From Adineta vaga (Eukaryota; Animalia; Rotifera), in contig CP075497.1 of assembly GCA_021613535.1 (NCBI GenBank), positions 12,400,001 through 12,464,000 of the forward strand: a DNA stretch of 64,000 nucleotides, read 5' to 3'. The position numbers and the translations under genes were made by a program. This document shows positions 48,859-61,176 of the stretch, piece after piece. The first letter of the stretch is position 1. Every line of letters begins with the position of its first letter. The notes beneath the pieces are model-generated. The model worked only from the letters and a program-made list of their open reading frames with translations, was not told where the DNA came from and made no database searches.

Positions 48859-49821
48859 ATGAATGAAACAATCTCCGAAATATTTGAAGATGAAAAATAT
48901 ATTCTTCATCAAACAAAATTTGTGATTTTATTAACATTACAAATTCAATCAATTCTTATTTCAATTCTTATGTTCATTTTTTTCTTTACACATCGAGCGA
49001 TTCTTCATATTCGTCAAAATCAATCGTTGCTTCTTCTATTAATTGTCAATTTTATCCAAGTTACATTTGATTTACCAATGGTTATTCATTTCAATCGTCT
49101 TGGTCGTGTTAGTCCAGCAACAAATGCTTATTGTAAATGGTGGACATTTCTTGAATATACTTTAAATGGAGCTGGTGAAATGTTAATGGCAACAATATCA
49201 ATTCAACGACATATTCTTATATTTCATGTTAATCTATTTAATAATCGATTGTATCGATATTTATTTCATCATTTACCACTTTTAATTTGTATAGTTTATC
49301 CAATAATTCTCTATTTGATTATAATTGTATTTGATTCGTGTGATGGAACACAATGGGATTATAGTTCTAATGTATGTGGTTTAGCTAATTGCTATCTTGT
49401 TTATAATAAAGTCTTAGGAACTTTTGATTGGGCAGTGGATAATGGTACACCGATTTTTCTAATAATTCTTGCAAATGTAGGACTTGTTTTGCGTGTTGTT
49501 CGACAAAGACTTCGCCGTCAAGGATTAATTACATGGCGAAAACAACGTCGTATGACAATTCAATTATTAAGTGTTTCATTTCTCTATTTTTTTGCGTGGT
49601 TTCCAAATATTTTTATTGGTATAATTCAACAATTGTTTAATCCAACATTTTTATTTGATATTCAATTTAATTATATTTTTGATTTAACTTATTTGATTTG
49701 TCTTTTATTACCATGGATATGTCTTGGTTTATTTCCTGAATTTATTAAATGGATTCGAAAACTTTTCTCGAAACGAAATCAAAGACAAATGACGATTCGA
49801 CCAGTAAATGATTTGACGTAA
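48859..49821 (+). CDS. Intronless rhodopsin-like GPCR (cluster member B)
   Basis: Paralog of 44045 with the same motifs; upstream TATATAAAA at ~48793. Confidence 0.9.
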   Translation: MNETISEIFEDEKYILHQTKFVILLTLQIQSILISILMFIFFFTHRAILHIRQNQSLLLLLIVNFIQVTFDLPMVIHFNRLGRVSPATNAYCKWWTFLEYTLNGAGEMLMATISIQRHILIFHVNLFNNRLYRYLFHHLPLLICIVYPIILYLIIIVFDSCDGTQWDYSSNVCGLANCYLVYNKVLGTFDWAVDNGTPIFLIILANVGLVLRVVRQRLRRQGLITWRKQRRMTIQLLSVSFLYFFAWFPNIFIGIIQQLFNPTFLFDIQFNYIFDLTYLICLLLPWICLGLFPEFIKWIRKLFSKRNQRQMTIRPVNDLT

Positions 49822-50492
49822 TTTATATAACCTTTTCATTAAAAAAAAAAGTGCACGAAGATGTTAAGGAGATTAGATTTTTCTACTCAACTAATATATG
49901 ATTCAATGGATTATAAATGACAAACGTAAATAATCTGTCATATTACAAGTCAGGATTTTCGAATGTGTGTTATAGATAAGTTTATTAATCGTCTTACTGT
50001 TCAATTTCTTTGATTGAATCAGATAAGGAACATTCATATATTTATCAACATAGATAAGAACTATAATATAGCAATGTAATATTTTGAATTGACAATGATT
50101 AATATACGCTCATTTTTTACTGTTGTTGTATTTTAATATAAAATATTAATGATAAATATAGGGACGGTATAAATTGATTTCTTTTTTGATAATTTTTCTG
50201 AAAAAAAGATATGAACATAAAATGAAAATTACTTTGAATTAGTCTGGAATTGTTCTCTGATAAAAACACCTTTTTTTTTAAAGTATGTTCATCTGTTAGA
50301 GTTTTAACAATGATATTCTTGTTATGTTTGCTTGGAAAATATTTGAAATAAATAGTTTAGACTAATCTTTTGTTTTTAGTCAGAAAACTAATCATTTAAA
50401 TCAACGCTTGAAATTGTAATTACTGTGTTTTTCATAAAACATTGATAGAAAAAAGTTTCAGTTTTTTTTACATTGAGAAAATATAATTAAAG

Positions 50493-53400
50493 ATGACAAA
50501 TTATGATGAAAATCCTAACTTATTGATGAAAGATTATAATAATCATCAAATTGAACGAGGAGAATCCAACATTAACCATCAACTGGAACATAAAAATTCA
50601 TACAAATTCAAACGAATCGTCGATTCACCAAAAACGTTTGATGTACAACATCGACATTCAACTAATGAAGAAGCGCTTAATCAAGAACAAATAATTATGC
50701 AAGAATCATTACGAAACAATCCTCGAGTTGTAGAATTGATCAATCAATCGCAATCATTACCTATCACAATCGCGATCAGTGAAATTAAAATAAATTTTAA
50801 TCCTCTTGAAGGATATGCTGAAAAACCAATATTGCCACTTTCCAAAGCATGTATTCCACTAAAGAGTATCTTTTACAATTTATCTTTCTATGTTCAACAA
50901 GCACTAGAAGAAACATCAGAGCAACCAGCAGATGGATTAACAATTGATGAAAGTGCTGCTATACGTCTTTATACGTTAGAATGGGAAAAACCACATCGAA
51001 GTCTGTATTCAATGCTTAATTTTCATTTGAAAAATATTAATCGTACTGATCTTCTTCCCTATTTTCAACATTTAAAACTCTTCATAACTGCTCTTGCAAA
51101 ACTACCCTGTGTACCACCATTAACTATTCGGCGAGGAGTAACAAAAAATTTAACTGAAGATTTTCCTCCAGGTATGAAAGTGACATGGTGAGCATTTTCA
51201 TCTTGCACAACTGAAATGACTGTTTTGGAGAATAATATGTTTTTGGGTAATACAGGAAATCAAACACTATTTTCAGTTGAAGCAATTAATTGTCGAACAA
51301 TTCGTGCACATTCACATTTTATTACTGAAGATGAAATTCTTCTTCTTCCCGGTACTCAAATGGTTGTTCAATCACAACTAAGTCCAGCATCTGATCTTTA
51401 TATTATTCATTTAAAACAAATTATATCAGAGAATATTTTATTAGAACCTCCATTCGAAAGTATGTATCAGATTTTTAAGTATTTATCAATGACAAAGAGT
51501 CCCGCTCATACACTATAGAGTTATTCTTTTTCTCCGTAAAGTTTCACATATAAACTGTAACACTGACCGCATGGCAAATATTGAGAAGACTTTATGGTTT
51601 TAAGGCCTCATTCTTCGACAGTCATGAATACACAAGGTGGATTCTAGGATCTTTCAAGAACCGCTTTCTCTCTTGATCCTCTGTTCAATAGGATAGGTCC
51701 TGTGAATATTCGAATACTCTCCGATGAAAGTTCTATCACAAGAAAAGATCGTTGTAGACTTGAGAATATATCTTCGTTTATGTTCTGTTGTGGCCGATGT
51801 GTATAGGTTAGCGACTTTTGACTCACTAACAGACAGATACTGAACAATATGCATATAAATTACTATATTTTTGTTATTTAGATGCACACATTTATCCAGA
51901 GAAAAAGTAAATTTCATATTTTATGTTTTTAACAATTTATCTTTTATTCCATTTTTGACTATAGAATTGCAAGACGTCAGTGGTACCGTAAGAAAAGAGT
52001 AATCATTCCAATTGGCTTTTTAATTACTCTGATTATTGGAAGTATTATAATTGGTTCAGTTTTAGGAAAAAGATCTAACAGATACTCATCAGGTATAGTT
52101 CTCAGAAACTTTTCTTTTGACAAAACAAATATGCGTTACACGGTTACTTTGACTTTTGTCGAAGAAGTTGAGACCGGATGTGAACTGAAGTTGTAAGTTG
52201 AATCTATTCGTTACATTGTTCTTTTTCCAGGACTAAACTGCGATAATCCATTTGATGCACCCAGCTTTTATATTGCGGGAAAAGAACCACGAGCTCCGAC
52301 GTTTGGCTACTTTGACGACGACAACATAGTAGACGTGGCAGTGGCCAATTTTCGAGATGATAGTATTATGTTATTTCGTGGTATTGGTGATGTATCACTT
52401 CAGGTTTTAGGTAAAAATACGGTTGGAAGAACATCACGGTCTCTCGTCTCATCTGATTTTAATAATGATAATAAACCAGATCTCGTAGTTGTCAATCGAG
52501 AGGATAAAAGTATTAGTATCCTGTTTGGAGAAGGAAATGGAAGATTTCAGACCGTAGTGAACTATAAAACAGGCACGCGTCTATTCTCTATTATATCAGG
52601 TGATTTCAATGCAGATGGCAATCTTGATCTCGTTGTATTCACTCATAATAATCGTACTATGCACATCTTTTGGGGCAATAAAAATGGTTCTTTTCAAACT
52701 GTAACGCACTATAATGCTGGTGTTCATGTGTGTTCAGCTGTGTTGGGAGATATTAACAAAGATAAGAAACCAGATCTGATAACAGCTAATTGTATTAGTA
52801 ACACCATTAATGTACTACTTGGTAATGATAACAAAACGTTTCAGCTTTCTGAGTCCTATATTGTGAATATGAAGCCACTGGTTTTGGTCTCAGATGATTT
52901 TGATAGCGATAAGAACATGGACATCGCCGTTATTCATTCTGACAGCAGTGGAGACGTTACAATACTTCTTGGAAAAGAAAATGGAACATTTATGGTATCA
53001 TCAAGTTATCCAGTTGGTAAGGGTCCATTTGCTGTTATATCGAATGACTTGAATAATGACAATCAATCAGATCTAATAGTAGCTAACTATTTTGACGATA
53101 CGATTAGTGTACTCCTTAGACAAAAGAAAGGAAACATTTTTCAAACTGCACGAAATCATCAAGTTGGTAAAGGACCATCCTCTCTTGTATCTGATGATTT
53201 TAATGGTGATCAAATATTAGATATAGTAGTGACTAATCGAAATGCAGATACTATTAGTCTATTGATTGGGTATGGTAATGGTAGTTTTCAAAAGTCAGTA
53301 TTTTATAGAATTCATAATTATCCAGATTCGATTATATCATGTGATTTCAATAAAGATAGTAAATCGGATATAGTATTGATTAATGTCAACATAGGTGTTA

Positions 53401-53870
53401 CCGTACTACTTGGCAAAGGAGATGGTACATTTCATACGCCAACATTATTTGAAGCGGGTAAAATACTAAGCTCTGTAGTATCAGGTGATTTTGATAGTGA
53501 TAATAAAATGGATTTAGCAGTAACCAGTTACTTGGACGGCACGGTCGGTGTGTTATTTGGGAATGACGATGGGACATTTCAACCACCAATATACAATAAT
53601 ATTACTTCGCAGTTATGGTCTATCTTGACAGGCGATTTTAATAATGACAATAAACTTGATTTGGTAGTGAGTCTCTATTTGAAAAAAGTTATTATATTAT
53701 TGATTGGCAATGGAAGTGGTACTTTTCGAGCTCCATTACGATATACCATAGAAGGAAGAGTATTAACTATTACTTCGAGTGATCTTAATAACGACAAGAA
53801 ACTCGATCTAATTGCGACAAGCAGAGATCCTGATGGATTATATGTTTTCTTGAACATTTGTCAAAACTAA
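50493..53870 (+). CDS. Receptor-like ADP-ribosyltransferase: ART domain, TM helix and FG-GAP/VCBS repeat ectodomain; one in-frame TGA at 51189-51191 (possible pseudogenised allele)
   Basis: Exon 50493-51459: GLTIDESAAIRLYT...SLYSMLN...RRGV...VTW*AFSSCT...TLFSVE...TEDEILLLPGT. TM exon 51965-52092: RRQWYRKKRVIIPIGFLITLIIGSIIIGSVLG. It splices in frame (phase 1) to exon 52231-53870, which has many DFNxDxKxDLVV repeats. Confidence 0.75.
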
Positions 53871-54745
53871 TAAATAGAATTTATGAATGAATGAATGAAT
53901 AAAATATTTCCACCGTCAACAATTAGACTTTCTATTCATCTGATTATTATTTCGTAGTTTATAAAAGTCGAATATTGATTAAACATTCGAAAATGTGCCT
54001 GTATTGAGATTTTGTATTTCGAGAATGATTGCACTACGAAATTTACTATTCCTACTACTTTCATCTAGTTTCCAAAGAAAATTATAATAAAATCTACAGA
54101 AAATAAGTACAACGTTCAGTGATGATAGTTTATGATCAATAGATCATCTTTTATTTATATTATTGTAAAGAAAGACACTCCGAGGTCATCCATCCAAAAT
54201 CTTCTCCAAATCCTTGTATGCAACTAGAACAAAATGGAATTGGATTTTTCCCTCTTTGTTTAAAAATCATTACTTTGCGATTTAAGTAACTCGACTAAAA
54301 GAAAACATAATAGATCAAAAATTATCTCTATCTAATGTATATTATTACTAATAAAAAACAAAATATTGTTTCCAATTAAATTCAAAGTACATAGAGAATT
54401 ATTTATCTTCAAAAAAGATCATAGTTCACAAAAAAAAGTAGATGAGACATAGATTAAATTATTCTGTATGTCATCTCTGAATCAGAGCAAATGATCACAT
54501 GCTAAGATTAATTTTCGAATCACATGTCTTTGTTTAAGGCGAAATCAAATTCCAACGTCTTTTCTATATTTATAACAGATTGAAGAGAAGACTTCTTTCT
54601 AATTAAATCTTCAACTCCCTTGAATAGATCCTGGATTTACTTTTAAAGATCAAATGTCGCTTTTAGCATTTCGACTTTTGTATATAAATGAAATAATCGG
54701 TCATATAACATTACAATCGAATTCTTTCATTCAAAAGTTTTACAA

Positions 54746-55711
54746 ATGGACAATTCAATAAATGAAACATTTGTTGAAGAAAAATATCTTGCTCATAGAA
54801 TTAAATTTGGAATTTTATTAACATTACAAATTCCATCAATTCTTATTTCAATTCTTATGTTCATTTTTTTCTTTACACATCGAACAATTCTTCATATTCG
54901 TCAAAATCAAGCTTTATTTGTTTTATTAATTGTCAATTTTATTCAAGTTACATTTGATTTACCAATGGTTATTCATTTCAATCGTCTTGGTCGTGTTAGT
55001 CCAGCAACAAATGCTTATTGTAAATGGTGGACATTTCTTGAATATACTTTAAATGGAGCTGGTGAAATGTTAATGGCAACAATATCAATTCAACGACATA
55101 TTCTTATATTTCATGTTAATCTATTTAATAATCGATTGTATCGATATTTATTTCATCATTTACCACTTTTAATTTGTATAGTTTATCCAATAATTCTCTA
55201 TTTGATTATAATTGTATTTGATTCATGTGATGGAACACAATGGAATTATCAAGCAAATATATGTGGTTTAGCCAATTGTTATATGGTTTATAGTAAAGTT
55301 TTAGCAACATTTGATTGGGTTGTTAATAATGGTTTTCCAATCATTGTTATAACTCTTGCCGATGTTGCATTAATTATTCGAGTTGTTCGACAAAGACTTC
55401 GTCGACATGGAACAGTTTCATGGAGCAAACAACGAAAAATGACAATTCAATTATTAAGTGTTTCATGTCTTTATATGATTGCATGGTTTCCTGGAATAAT
55501 CATTGCAACAATTCAATATTTAGTTTTACCAACATTTTTATTAGATATTCAAGTTGAATATATCTTTTATTTAACATATATGATATGTTTGTTTGTTCCA
55601 TGGATATGTATTGGATTATTTCCGGAATTTAAAGGTTGGATTTGGAAAAAAGTTCATTCTCGAAGGATGTCAAGTAATATTATTAAACCTTTACAAAAAT
55701 CATCTCAATGA
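54746..55711 (+). CDS. Intronless rhodopsin-like GPCR (cluster member C)
   Basis: Paralog of 44045/48859; upstream TATATAAA at ~54681. Confidence 0.9.
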   Translation: MDNSINETFVEEKYLAHRIKFGILLTLQIPSILISILMFIFFFTHRTILHIRQNQALFVLLIVNFIQVTFDLPMVIHFNRLGRVSPATNAYCKWWTFLEYTLNGAGEMLMATISIQRHILIFHVNLFNNRLYRYLFHHLPLLICIVYPIILYLIIIVFDSCDGTQWNYQANICGLANCYMVYSKVLATFDWVVNNGFPIIVITLADVALIIRVVRQRLRRHGTVSWSKQRKMTIQLLSVSCLYMIAWFPGIIIATIQYLVLPTFLLDIQVEYIFYLTYMICLFVPWICIGLFPEFKGWIWKKVHSRRMSSNIIKPLQKSSQ

Positions 55712-56072
55712 ACGAACGATCTTCTATCGATGTTGTACTTTTTTCTCTTTCAATATGAATGTTGATGTTGTTCAATAAAAATGAAATTTTTTTCATTTAA
55801 TGAAATAATCTTTTACAAAATGTATTTAATCAATTGATAAATGAAAGAGAAGAAAAACATCTATATAGAAATCTTTGTATTAGAGAATAAGCAACCGATA
55901 TCAACGCACGGAATGTGTCAGAAAGCGAGTGAACAAAAATGCGAATGCAAAGAAAAAGAAAGCAAAGCAAGGCAAGAATTCTTTCAAGATTAAACAGAGA
56001 TTTCGACTGTAAATATCACTGAACAAACAAAATCGTTGATAAAAAACAAAGAAAGAGAAAAATCTCGTTTGC

Positions 56073-59000
56073 TCATTTAACAATTGATGATATTGTATTT
56101 CCACGACGTTTTAAATTTTCAAGTAATTGATTTGCTGTTGTACTAAAACGTTGAGTATTTGATAAACCTAAAAAGATCAAGATAGAATATCGAATATAAT
56201 GAACAGAATTAATCAAAATCAAAACCCAGTTCATTCTTATCTTTGTCTAAACTATTTAAATAAATAATCTGTATTTTTACAGCTAAACATCGAGAAGAAC
56301 ACAAAACAACAAATATCATGCAGAAGAAAATAACTAATCTCATTGATCTTCATGCGATATGAATGAAGAAACTAAAGCCCATAGAAAGAAAGAAAAAACA
56401 ATAACAAAGAACAATATTGATTTAATCTTACATAAAACTGAATTAATTTCGATAACGATGTTGATAATTAACTGGAAACATCGATATGAAATTCTCGGAA
56501 AAGAGGATTTTCATTTTGAAACTTACCATTGGTTGTTACACAATTATTGAAAAACGTTGTTGAAGGTGGCAAACCATTTGATTGAAATTCTAATCCATAA
56601 GGATTTTCATGACGACGTGCTTTAGCTTCAGCAGCACGTTGAGCAATAACAGATGAAAAATTGACGTCTAATCGAGGATCCATTACAGATGGAGTTCGTT
56701 GAGATGTGTTTGTTAATGATGCAATTGAACGTTGGAGAGTTGTTGGTGATGGAGGAGGAGGAAATGTATTCGAATGAGTTAAATCTTCAATTATAATGCT
56801 TTGTAATTCATTCGGATGAAATGATGAAGGTGAAGAAATCTTTGTTGTATGTTCTAAATTAACATGGGTGAAATTAATCCTTTTCTTTTTGTTTGTTTTA
56901 TTTACCTGATTGAATCATTATTTTCTTTGGTGATGAATCAGAAGAGGAGGAAGTTTTTAAACGAGTTTTGGCTTCTTCAATTTGATTTTGAAAATCTGAT
57001 GAAGATTTATTTAAATTTGTTTTCTTTGGTAAACCAAAATTTTCCGGTAATGGTGGAGGAGGTGGTGGAGAAGATATTTCATTCTCTAGAAGAATTGTTG
57101 AACTATTATTATTGTTATTATTATTTAAATTTAATGTTCCATAGGTTGGTTTTCGATTATTTGATCGTTTTTTAATTTCACTTGCTTTTGAAGGTAAATT
57201 ATTTAAATTCATTGTTTTAAATGTTGACATATTTGTTGATGATGGACTCATATAGATTTGCGAAGGATTTTCTTCTGTTTTTGTTAAAAGATGATTACTG
57301 TTCAATGATGATAAAGAAGATTCTTCATCAGCTTCATTTGATGAAGAATTGGAATTACATCGATGGTTGGATAGAGGATTGATTGTTCGAGTTGAGGAAA
57401 AACATTCGTAGAGAGAAGAATCACGTTCAGGAACTAAGGGTTTTGTTCTAAATCAATATTTAATGAAAAAATATATATGAAGAGAAAAAAGATTTGTTTT
57501 ACTTGGTATAAATTGAATTTGATAGATTTTCATTCATTTGTATTGATGAAAGATTCAAATTTCCATATTCATATTCATTCAATGTACGATCAAGATCTTC
57601 TAAAGAAAAGAAATGAACGATCAATCAACAAATTTATAAGGTTCTCTTTCGAAAAAATGTTAAAAGGATTAGAAGAAAAATACATCGAATTAACTAAGTA
57701 AAGTTCAATTCAATTGAAATTAAAGAATTCCTTTCGAATGAATCAATCAACATTCTATCTGAACTACAAAAAAAAACAATCCAAAAACCTCAAAACATCT
57801 CAAACATGCATTTTAAGATGTGTAAGTAGAGAAGTAACATGCATACGCGTCTGTTCCGTAATTTGATAAGTGATCATAACATGCAGTGAAAGATTTGATG
57901 TGATAAGAAAAAGGCAAATACCTAAAATATTCTTTTGCTCTTCTCGTTTCATTATTAAAGATCCCGAATTAAATAAATAATGAAAAGGTGATAATCTATT
58001 CGAAGTTTTCGACGATAATGAAGGTACTGAAATGGAGTTAGAGGGGAGAATCACAAAGAGAAACATGCTGTCGAAAGATTTGTTTTTTCCGTAGAAGAAT
58101 TTAACTTACCATTGAATTGTTGGTCAAGACCTGGTCGAAGTGGTGCTGAAAGAAGAAAAGATCTTTTATTTAAGAAAAAAAAACGTTCCTTTGAAACATT
58201 ACCTTTTCGTCGATATGGTAATGATTGAGAAGCAAGTTGATGTTGATGAAAATGTGAATCGTTTTGTTGATTATGAGAAGAATTTTGTGAAATTGGATGA
58301 GCAGTTATGACTTTTAATGCTAATGTATCACCTGCGCGTTTGATTAAATTAACACATTCTTCGTGAGGCATTGATATAACATTGATATCATTAATCTGAA
58401 AAGAATTTGAATGAAAATTTCATTTCAATCAAATGAATTAGTTACTTCAAGAACATAATCATTTTGTTTTAAACCAGCTTTATCAGCATTACTTCCCTTT
58501 TCAATACTATCAAGAAATTGTAAAGCAGGAAATGATCGACTCGGTTGAAATAATTTTCCTGCAACTAAATTCGAAATTCTTTTCAAAGAATGAAAATATA
58601 GTTTTTTAATTTTTACCTCGAGAACCTCGTAAAACAAATCCAAAACCTTTTTTTCCTCGTTGTAAAACAATTGTACGTGGATTATAACTATCGTTATTGA
58701 TCATTAAAGCTGATAATGCATCACGGCTAATAACTATTTGATCATCATTGATTGTTTCACCGTTTTCTAAACGAATTAGAAAATGTACATCTATCAATTT
58801 TCGATAAACATTGCTTCTTCTTCTCCTTCTTCCTTTAGTTACGTCATTGATACATCAAATCGGAATTCTCAGAATAAATTCTTACTTAAAATTGAAATAT
58901 CTTGCACATGATGACTTGGAAACCATCCTTCAATATCTTTACATTTTCCTTCTAAAAATCCATTTTCTCCAACACTTAAAACTAAAAAAAATAAAGCAAA

Positions 59001-61176
59001 CAGAATGTTAAATAAAATTTCTTCTCTATTTCATTACTTTCTACAATATCTCCTTTATTTAATAACAATTCTCCGGATAAATTTGTTCGATATGATTTAA
59101 TACACATACATCTTCTTCCCGGTGCAGCTGCATATAAACGTTTTCGTTTATATGAATAATCAGCATTAATAACATTTGGTGAATCTTCATAAACAAGAGA
59201 AAATCAATATTTAAAATAACGAAAAAGTTATTTTACTTGATGATAAATGTGAAGTACATTCACTTCCTAAACCTTGATCACTAAAAGATTTAGGTGATGA
59301 TGATCGACTTGATGGATGTTGTTGTTGTTGAAAATAATGTTCAATTGTTGGTGATTGACTTTGTCTTGTTGAATTATTTGATAGAAATTTCGGCATACTT
59401 TGTGATCGACTAGTTAATGAAGATGATGATGGAGTTGTATTTGATGATGAACGTGCTCGATGTTTATTTCGTTGTTGTTCAATATAAATTGAACGTCGTT
59501 TTGGATTAATCAATGGTAATTCACGAAATGGTACAACGTGTTCAGATTTGTGTGATTGAATTAATGATGCAATCGATGGATTTTCTGATATTAATGCAAG
59601 TTCATAAGGTGTTTGATTCGACTTATTAACAATTGTTGTATCCGCACCACGATAAAGAAGAATACGAGCACAAACTTCCTAGAAAAGAAAGATCAAATCA
59701 TTTCTTTTTTGCTCGGGCGTTTTCATTGCATAAAAATGTTTCTCTCTCCGCCTCTCGTCAAACGAACAAATAAGTATTCAACCCTTACTAATTTCTTATC
59801 GATTCTTAGTTCTATACGACGAAAATGATCGATAATCCTTAAACAATATTTGACAAAAACAAGAAAAAAAAGGCGAACGCCCTACAATGACTTCGAAAGA
59901 GAATGACTCTTCATTATTATTTATCTCTGCAATGAAATACCTGATTGGTTGCTGCACAGATATGTAACGGAGTATTTCCTCCATTATTCATTGCATTGAT
60001 ATCCGCACGATAGAAAAGTAAATGTTCAAGATGTTGAACAAGTCCTAATCGACAAACGTGATGTAATTCAGTAGAATAGTTCTCATCATGGCAATTGACT
60101 ATCGAATGATCTTGTAATAATAATAAACAACAAACAGAAGAATCAATATTCATTTCAATTGGTTTTGTTATTATTGTATAATATAAAGGAGTTAAATGTT
60201 TTTCATCATAAACATTTGGTGATGCACCAAGTTCAAGTAATGTCTAAGATTAAAAATATTCTATTTTTCTTTTTCTTTCATTGAAAATAACTTACAAGAA
60301 TTGATTCTTTTCGATTACAAATAGCTGATTTATGAAGTGGAGTAAAACCACCATTACGAATACGAAAATCTAAATGAGCACCACCATTGACTAATGTCAT
60401 TATCATTGATCGAGGTTCAAGAAGATCAACACATGCAATTGATAATGGTGTTTCTAAAGAATAAGAAATATGTTTGTTATAAAAATAGCCTAAAGACATT
60501 TGTCTCGTATTGATTGTTAAATCAACATATTTGAAAACTTACCATTATCTGATATGTGAAAATTTGGATCAAAACCTTTTTCTAAATATCGACAAACTTT
60601 AGAGATTTGATTTGTTTTAATTGAGTCGATAAATTTTTTAATATTCATTTTGAAATTAACATTTCTTTCAACAAGATGAATCGATTTATAAACACGACGT
60701 TTGTATTTAAACTGAAAAATTTAATTTTAAAGATTTTCTTTTCATCAATCAAATCTTTATTTACTTCTAAATAAGCAACAGGTCCATTTAATGGATATTC
60801 TTTTAAACAACGAGATTCATCAAGAAATTTTCCAGCTCGACCATTACATGGTGGTAAATATAAACCAAAATTTAAACAATCCGTTAATTCCTTTTTCAAA
60901 AACAAAAACAGATTAGATTTGAAATTTTCCTTGACAAACTCAAAATTTTACTCGAACAAGAACTTGTAACACTTTTTGTTTAGCATTCCAAACTGTATCA
61001 TCGATATTAAACTTCAAAACTTTCTAAAAGAAAAAATCTTTTATTTAATTGAAAAAAAATAATGTTCTTACCTGAAGATGATGATCTTCTACTGATATTC
61101 GAATATAAATTAAATTATTATCTTGTTCAATTCCACTATCATCTTTTTCATCTTGTTGATTTCGTTCACTTTCCAT
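56073..61176 (-). CDS. SHANK: SH3 and multiple ankyrin repeat domains protein (SHANK), multi-exon
   Basis: N-terminal Ubl/SPN domain (LNFGLYLPPCNGRAGKFLDESRCLKEYP), ankyrin repeats (GGAHLDFR, HLEHLLFYRADINAMNNGGNTPLHICA), SH3 (KRLYAAAPGRRCMCIKSY...ELLLNKGD), PDZ (PRTIVLQRGKKGFGFVLRG; FPALQFLDSIE..ADKAGLK) and a Pro-rich tail. Confidence 0.92.

Noticed and set aside
24740-51191. Several TGA codons at expected Trp positions (PL8 relic, SPT5 relic, GPCR pseudogene, ART gene) suggested a TGA=Trp code or selenocysteine
   Set aside because: Intact genes here (NHL, ART 18516, SGF11, GPCR 54746, SHANK) terminate at TGA and use TGG for Trp. Most such TGAs lie in sequences with other lesions, so simple G>A decay explains them.
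52335-53870. FG-GAP ORF as bacterial contamination or an independent bacterial-type gene
   Set aside because: It has an upstream AG acceptor at 52229-52230 and splices in frame to a TM exon; it is embedded among intron-containing animal genes.
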